Positions 57,138 to 64,000 of a DNA stretch of 64,000 nt are shown here, piece after piece. Each line of letters starts with the position of its first letter. Position 1 is the first letter of the stretch. Source of the stretch: Lama guanicoe (lineage: Eukaryota); NCBI GenBank assembly GCA_013239625.1, contig MU053304.1, forward strand, positions 868,001 to 932,000. Direction: 5' to 3'. A program made the position numbers and the translations under genes. Under the pieces are notes generated by a model. That model worked only from the letters and a program-made list of their open reading frames with translations, did no database searches and was not told where the DNA came from.

Positions 57138-60100
57138 TTTCAGACTGAAAAAAAACCCCAATGTCACCGTAAGAATTTATCTAGTTCCTAACTGCATGCA
57201 AAGCTATGCTAAGAATGAAATAAAACAAGCAAGGATTAACCTTGTCTTCAAGGCCTTTTTTAAAAGCATACGGCATAACACAGAACAATAGTGACAGGAA
57301 CAGAGGACTAAAAATAAGAGCATAAAATAATGATCACAACTGAAGGTAAGCTAAGATTTCCATTTACGGTGTAGCTTAGTTAAATGTAGTCACAATTTTG
57401 AATTGATCAGGAAACTGTTTTGATGGAAGGGTAGGGAGGCCAATAGTTGGATATCACATAAAGTAACAGGATCTTAGAACTAGAGCTCTTTGTTAAATGG
57501 CTGACACCAGACATCTACTCAGCAGGGATGGGTCTACCGGAGGAGGAGGAGGAAGCAAATGAAACCACTCTCGGGTACCTGAACCTCCATATGTTTCTCA
57601 AAGAGCGTGTACAAACTGGAAGCATTGGTCATCAATTCAGGAACTTTAATAACTTCATAAACTGAGATCATGGTTGTCCAAGCTTGCCCAAAGACAACTT
57701 CTGGCACAAAATTTTTTATTCACCCTTTTGTTATTTTTCTTTGCATTGCTAAATCTGGAATAAATTCAATCTGTGCCATTTACTAGCTAACTGACTGAAT
57801 TTACAAAAAATACTTAACTTCTCTAAGCTTCAATTTTCTCATCTACATTTCACTGGGTTCTTATGGGGATGAGTACATGTGAGACTGTAAATCTCTGTAA
57901 AGCCAAGTCTATTTACCTTTGACATTTTATTTTTATGGTACTCCCATAAACGGTGAATAAATTTAGGCTGAGGGAATCTGCAGTGAAGACAGCCCAATCT
58001 TAGCCTTTCTTTTTCAGACTGACCCATTCTTATGTGTTAACCTATTGCTCCATCAGTTTCTCTCCAGGCAACGTGGTTTAAGAAAATTATCACAAGAAAT
58101 GTACTGGCTATGGAGAAGCTCAGCCTAAGTGAAGCAGGGATATAGGATCCAAATGGCAGAATCCTTTCTTAGAACACGATTCCAATACACAGATCTTATG
58201 GGCTCTATGTTACCTGCCAGAAAGAGTATATCTTACAAATTTAACTCCTAAATCATCAACACTTGAGGCACTTTTCCCCACTACTCTAAGATTTTTTAGC
58301 AGTGTTAAGGGTGGACTACCTCAAAATAAGAGGCAAAGTAATTTACATTCCTAAAAAAATTTCATTTTTTTCTATTTTGGATTTAGTCTCTCATATGAAC
58401 CACTTAGTATACGTTAAGATTTATATTCTTGTCAAGTCAGAGAGTACATTTTCATATATCACCCTAAGTATTCCAAACTGCGTTATCACCCTAACAGTAT
58501 TCCAAACCACATCTTATGTATCTAATGGCATATAAAATTGTTTCAGAAAATTTAAATACTAGAGATAGCAATCTCACTGCCAAAGGTCTACCACCTAGAT
58601 AATCTAGGTTAGAAGGACTATCTTCATACATGTGCCATACTGACTTCAAACTTGCATATGTGCTTAAACATACGCACGTCTACAGAATTAACTGTAAAAC
58701 CTTTCAACTATTTAGTGTCAATTCCTGGGGAAAAAATCTCTTTGCTTATAGTTAGTTGAGAGAGCTTTCTATAGTTAATGAGGTCATTCTATATTTCCAG
58801 AAGATTCTAGAAAAAGAAATACAACTCCGATATACGAACTATTCCTGAAAACATACAACACAGCACAAAATTTTTAGTGTATCTTGATATATAACTGATA
58901 TTTCTATTTTAAAACATTTTAAAGAAACCTATATTTAAAAGCAAATCTCAGAAGCTAACTACCCCTATGGCAACAAAGAGACTTTCTTTAATAGTCCTGT
59001 CTTCAAAGAAAGAGAATAGATTGTATCTCTTCACAAGAATAATTAAAAAAGAAAAACCCCTTTCATTCTATTCCACATTTACTGTTAATTGAGAGGGGAA
59101 AACAAATACATAGAAAGTAGAATTAAAAAGACAAAGTAAGGAAGTTATAGAACCCAGACACTGAGGCAAAAACAGAGAACAGCATACAGAGAACGTGTAT
59201 CAAATTCATATGAAACTGTAAATGGAGATATTGTAAAGATGATTCATGCATTTGGTGGTAATTATTTGTTTGCTAGGGTTCTTTCAAATGCTAAAGATCT
59301 ATGATGATGCAACATTTTTATATTCAAGAAACCATTTCCTGTGGTCTAAAAAATATCCACATCAAGAATTTCCCTCTCATCTTGCAAGATCCGTCCATAT
59401 CTGCAAGCACGTTAATATATATAAATTGAGAAATACTGTTTCATATTGTAATAGCTAAGTCATACCAAAGATGATCAGGGATCTCCAAGATAATCTAATT
59501 TTAAAAAAGGTCTATATCAGATAATCAGCTTGTTCATCATTAGAGCAACTTAATTTCAATAGGTATATAAAAACCAATACTTCTTTTAACTTCTTTCCTC
59601 ATTTTCCTTTCTAATGTCAAGTTAAAATCATTCAGATTATGTTCAATTCCAACAGAGTTTCAGTCAATGCCAAGCACAGTACTGTACAAACAGTTGTGAT
59701 AATAATAAAATCTGCTGATAGACTGACAACAATGGATGCACTCATCACAGATAAAATGTTCTAGGTTCATTTCAACGTGGCAAAAATGTTTTTCAATATA
59801 ATTTTCTATTTTTTATTATATACATTATGAACAAACAACCCACAAATATCAGGAGAAAGAAATAGTGAAAATATTATCCTGGACTATCCTGAGACTAAAG
59901 GAGATAATACACATGAGAAGTTTTAGCTTCCTACAAACACAATTTCACTTGAGCTGCTGAGGAACAAATACATGTTTACTGACATGTTTTCAGTATTTGT
60001 GCTCAGTAAGTGCACTTTAAAAAAGTTTAAAAAATTAGGAAGAAACAAATTCTTAAAATAATAGTTCAAGGAGACCCAATGTCTGCAGTTATTTTAAAAG

Positions 60101-61249
60101 TGACATTTAAAAATAGGGAAGAAATGATCAAATGGAGCATACTAAAAAAGATGATGATACATCAGAAAGAATTTGCTAATTCTTAGGCCACAGGACAGAA
60201 ACCTGTCAAACATTAAACTTAATGAGGAAATCTGAGAATAAAAATGTTCCGTCAGATACCCTCAGGAAGATGGTGCTCTGAAGGAAAGGTACAGTAGAGA
60301 TGGCACTATTCTATCATGAGAACTGTTCTGAATTTCAGTTCTACCATTTAGCTCTATGACAATGGGAAGTTTTGTTAACAATTTCAGAATTCAGTTTCTC
60401 TTACAAAAATGGGAATATTGTTTGATTTTTATGTATTTCTCACCTTAAAAAAGTATCACTCCAGGGAATTGACACTAATCTAAAATTAGAGAACTTGGTT
60501 TTAACTGCATCTCCTTAGATAAGTTGATCACATTTAATTTCTTCATCCATGAAGTAAGTTTTACACAAAATCATCTCTGAAGTCTTTTCCAGTTTCTACT
60601 TCTAAGAATCATATTGAAAAACAAAACATAACAAAAACCCTCAGAATGAACCCTTGGAAATAACGAGTGTATTAGCTGGATCTGACTCCTTGGTAGCAGA
60701 GATCTCAGCAAAGCCTAAAAGCCTAAAAGCAGCTCATGGAAGACACCTACTGCTGAAACAGGGAATTTGTGTGAGCCTCAGGAAATACAGGGGCTGAAAT
60801 GAATTCTGTTAATTAGAGAACAAAAGCACTGTCAGGTTAAAAGGGGAGAAAAACAGTTTTCATGAAATCTCAACTTCTTATGTGGTAGAATTTACACACT
60901 AGGTGACTAACTTATATGATATAAAATATAAAGTGACTAATAGGAAGAGTTAGTAGTCAACAATGAATAAATAAAACAAAGGAAGAGACCATCAGGACCA
61001 TTATACAAGCCAATTATTTACTCTGGGTATACCTAAAAAAATATACTTTCCATACAAAAATTATCTAGTTTTCCAAGAATTAAAAAAAAAAAACCCTCCC
61101 TGAATGGCAATAATAAAACCATCTGTTTTTGTTTTTCAATTGTGTCTAAACTCTAGAGCAAAAATAAGGAAAAGTTAGGGTCACAGGTTGGCTAGAATGA
61201 TACACCAAAAATGACAGGAAGGAAACAGAACTAATCAACTTCTATTTTG

Positions 61250-61920
61250 CTTCTATCTTTTGTCTCAGGAGAAAGATTTTTAGACCAGAAAGTAAAAAGT
61301 AACATTGTTAAGACCGATCAAAATGCAAAATAGGTGGAGAGACTGGCTGCCTTAAATGAGTTCATGTCTCTTAACTAAATGAATCACCTCCCTGAAATGG
61401 AACTTGTGAACGTCATTATAGAACCACTGCTGACAAATCTGAGGAAAAACAGAAAATGGCAATGGTACAAAAGGATTGTAAGTGGCTAAATGTTCTGATG
61501 TTCAAAAAGAGAAAAAAGAGATAGGATTCAAGAAATTTAAGTGTGTGGTCTGTTGTAGATCTTTAGGGAAAACGTGCAATAGCTTAATACAAATAGGTTT
61601 TATCAGATCTTAGAAAAGGAATCAATGAATATCTGACACTTCCATGGATATACTAAGAACAATAACCAACTAATCACATACCCAGTTTTGGGGATACAGA
61701 CTAATGGAACGGTACAAATACTACATCTTTAGGACTTAATAAAGCTCTCTAGTGTCTTTGTGAACAACCTGGACAAATGAGAGTTAGAGGATAATACAGT
61801 AAAGGAGATTAGTATTTTGTTGAACAACCTCATTCAATAAAATCGACTGGTATAAGGTGAAATCTATTTGTATGCCATATGGATCTGTGCTTTGCTGTTT
61901 TATTCAACATTTTTATCCAC
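61250..61920 (+). mobile_element. CR1/L3 LINE remnant
   Basis: aatgagttcatgtctc...aagtggctaaatgtt...cactaagaac-like...ttattcaacatttttatc is CR1 RT-region-like text. Confidence 0.55.
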
Positions 61921-62349
61921 AATAGGAAGAAAATATTTACTGCCTGCAGTAAATGGGTAACTTCCTATCTAGCATCTTAGAGAAAATCCTCTAACCAGTT
62001 CACAGTAAATGTTTAAGAAATATTTGTTGAATTACATTACAGTCTTTACAACAAAAGTTCACTCCCCAAAACTTGGGCTAGAAAATCTAGACCAGAGATT
62101 AAAAGGACATGAAACTCATCTTACATGGAACTTCTTGTGCAATTTCATCACAAATAAGCCATAATAGGCAGTATCCAAAAAAAGTTAAAAGAAGTACTTT
62201 TAATTTGCCTTTTATGATAAAGTATCTTGGCAGAAAAAAACCGTGGTATGTGAGACTGGAGACAAGCAGGCAGTAAGAAGAACTACTATAAGAAATACTA
62301 CTGCATCTACCACCATTATTACAACTGCCACCACTCACACACACACAAA

Positions 62350-62585
62350 TATCATTTACTAGAGCCAGATACCATTCTAAGGGCTTTAGATATATTAATT
62401 CACCTAACTGTCAAAAAACAGTCTTAGGTACTATTTTTATACCCTTTTTACAGATGAGGAATCCAAGGTTCAAAGAGGCTAAATAACAAGCCCAAAGTCA
62501 CTCAGCTAGCAAGTGGCAGAGCCAATATTCAACCCTGGCAGGTTTGTTTCAGAGTGTGTCCTCTAAATCACAACCATACTATACT
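62350..62585 (-). mobile_element. MIR
   Basis: ttttacagatgaggaatccaagg...cccaaagtcactcagctagcaagtggcagagc. Confidence 0.75.
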
Positions 62586-62959
62586 CCCAAGGGCATTTCC
62601 AAATGTGCAAATTCAAAACAATTTTTTTTAAATCTGCAAATTTTTCACTCTTTTGCATTTAGACAAACCCCATTACCATTTACACTTATTAAAGGGCTTC
62701 AAGTACTCTACAAGCCTGTGTGAGAGAGAGCATTCGTTTGAATTACCAATATACATGGGACTAGGAATACTACTTCTCAAACAGGTTCTCAGACTCTCAA
62801 AACATACTGGTTTCTTTTTCAGATGAACAGTACTAACTGTATTGTTAAATGGTTGTCACTCTGAACCTAGACATATTCCTCAGATATTTAGTTTCTGTTT
62901 AATTACTAACTACAAACAGAAATGGAATATATATAGAATCAGAAGTTAGAAATTATTAC

Positions 62960-63024
62960 CTGAAGAGGATGAACCCAAGTGATTCTACTGCTGCCCTCCT
63001 GACATCATCATTAACATCACTTAC
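62960..63024 (-). CDS. PSMD1: PSMD1 coding exon (human exon 16 equivalent), VSDVNDDVRRAAVESLGFILF(R), PC-repeat region
   Basis: Reverse complement reads tttttcctag|GTAAGTGATGTT...CTCTTCAG|gtaata. It is 65 nt and ends in phase 2, matching the next exon. The peptide matches RPN2/PSMD1. Upstream exons lie beyond the window end. Confidence 0.96.
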
Positions 63025-63170
63025 CTAGGAAAAATTTTAAAGGGGGATTACATTATACTATATGCATTCTATTACTACATACATTGTATTACACACACTG
63101 TATTACTAGAAGAAACTGATACGCGAGGCCCACATCATTCAAATGTAAAGTAGGTCTCATTAGTATTTTA

Positions 63171-63685
63171 CAGTAGACCCCTCTTATCCACGGTTTCACT
63201 TTCAGGAGTTTTAGTTACCCATAGTCAACTATGGTCAGAAATATTTACTAAATGGAAAATTCCTGAAATAAACAATTCATAAGTTTTAAATTTCATGTCA
63301 CTCTGAGTATCATGATGAACTCTAACGACTTCCCACGCTGTCCGGCCTGGGGTGTAAGTCATCCCTTTGTTTAGCATATCCAAGCTGTATATACCACCCA
63401 TCCATTAGCCACTTAGTAGCCCTTTTAATTATCAGATCAATGTGAACTGCAGGGCTTAAATTCAAATAATCTTTATTTTACTTAACAATGGCCCCAAAGC
63501 ACAAGAGTAGTGATGCTGGCAATTCAGATATTCTCATACTGTGCCTAATTTATAAATTAAACTTTATTATAGGTATGTGTGTACGTATAGGAAAAAACAT
63601 AGTATATGTTTCAGTACTATCTGCAGTTTCAGGCATCCACTGTGGGTCTTGGAAATTACACCCCACAGATAAGGGGGAACTATGG
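63171..63685. mobile_element. Tigger7/MER44-like DNA transposon
   Basis: TIRs cagtagacccctcttatcc ... agataagggggaactatgg, flanked by TA at both ends. Internal atggccccaaagcacaagagtagtgatgctggc. Confidence 0.85.
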
Positions 63686-64000
63686 TATTCCTCTATTACA
63701 ATGTTTTTCCCCAATTTAGAAAAATTCATCTGAGAATTTCTTCATTTCAAAGCTTAGAAGCCTTTAAAGTCTCATGAAGTTTAAGATTTAGGGCTACTTC
63801 TAAAGACTATTTCAGTTGCGCCATAGCTTTTGTAGCCACATTGAAAATCTAACCATTCCTCCAAAGTTATTTTAAAAAAAAAACCTATGTCCTAAACTCA
63901 AGCAAAATACAAACATTGAGAATATACCACATGCTGCACTGATAAATAATAACTAATAAATACTGTGGGGTGTGAATATCTAGGAAAAAAGAAACAATAA

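Noticed and set aside
60710..60730. Short tandem repeat (aaagccta)2.6; similar degenerate duplication at 37420-37465
   Set aside because: Ordinary slippage duplications. There is no CRISPR-like repeat-spacer array anywhere in the window.
63488..63733. ORF starting MAPKHKSSDAG
   Set aside because: It is the residual transposase start inside a non-autonomous Tigger7/MER44 element.

Overview
Mammalian genomic DNA (AT-rich, CpG-poor, repeat-rich). It is probably a camelid, inferred from three copies of a tRNA-Ala-like SINE that resembles the camelid Vic-1 type. The minus strand carries the 3' third of PSMD1 (26S proteasome subunit RPN2): nine coding exons with GT-AG boundaries and consistent phases, plus a non-coding last exon. 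Nested antisense inside one ~30.2 kb PSMD1 intron (32753-62959) is the complete, intact HTR2B gene (5-HT2B serotonin receptor, 476 aa from three coding exons). This nesting is known in mammals and is not novel. The rest is intronic L1, L2, MIR, CR1, MaLR and DNA-transposon fossils. I found no unknown multi-gene system. The best leads are: (1) ligand-pocket substitutions in this 5-HT2B versus human, notably Ser at position 5.46 and Ser at 6.58, with an N-terminal deletion and a lost sequon; (2) an AG|GTAAGT recursive-splice-like motif at the PSMD1 exon just before the HTR2B-containing intron; (3) uORFs over the HTR2B start; (4) a clean twin-primed inverted L1 with a 16-bp TSD; and (5) a near-pure poly(A) insertion with a 19-bp TSD. 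Comparisons with human or mouse proteins, exon numbers and repeat family names come from memory and need alignment to confirm.
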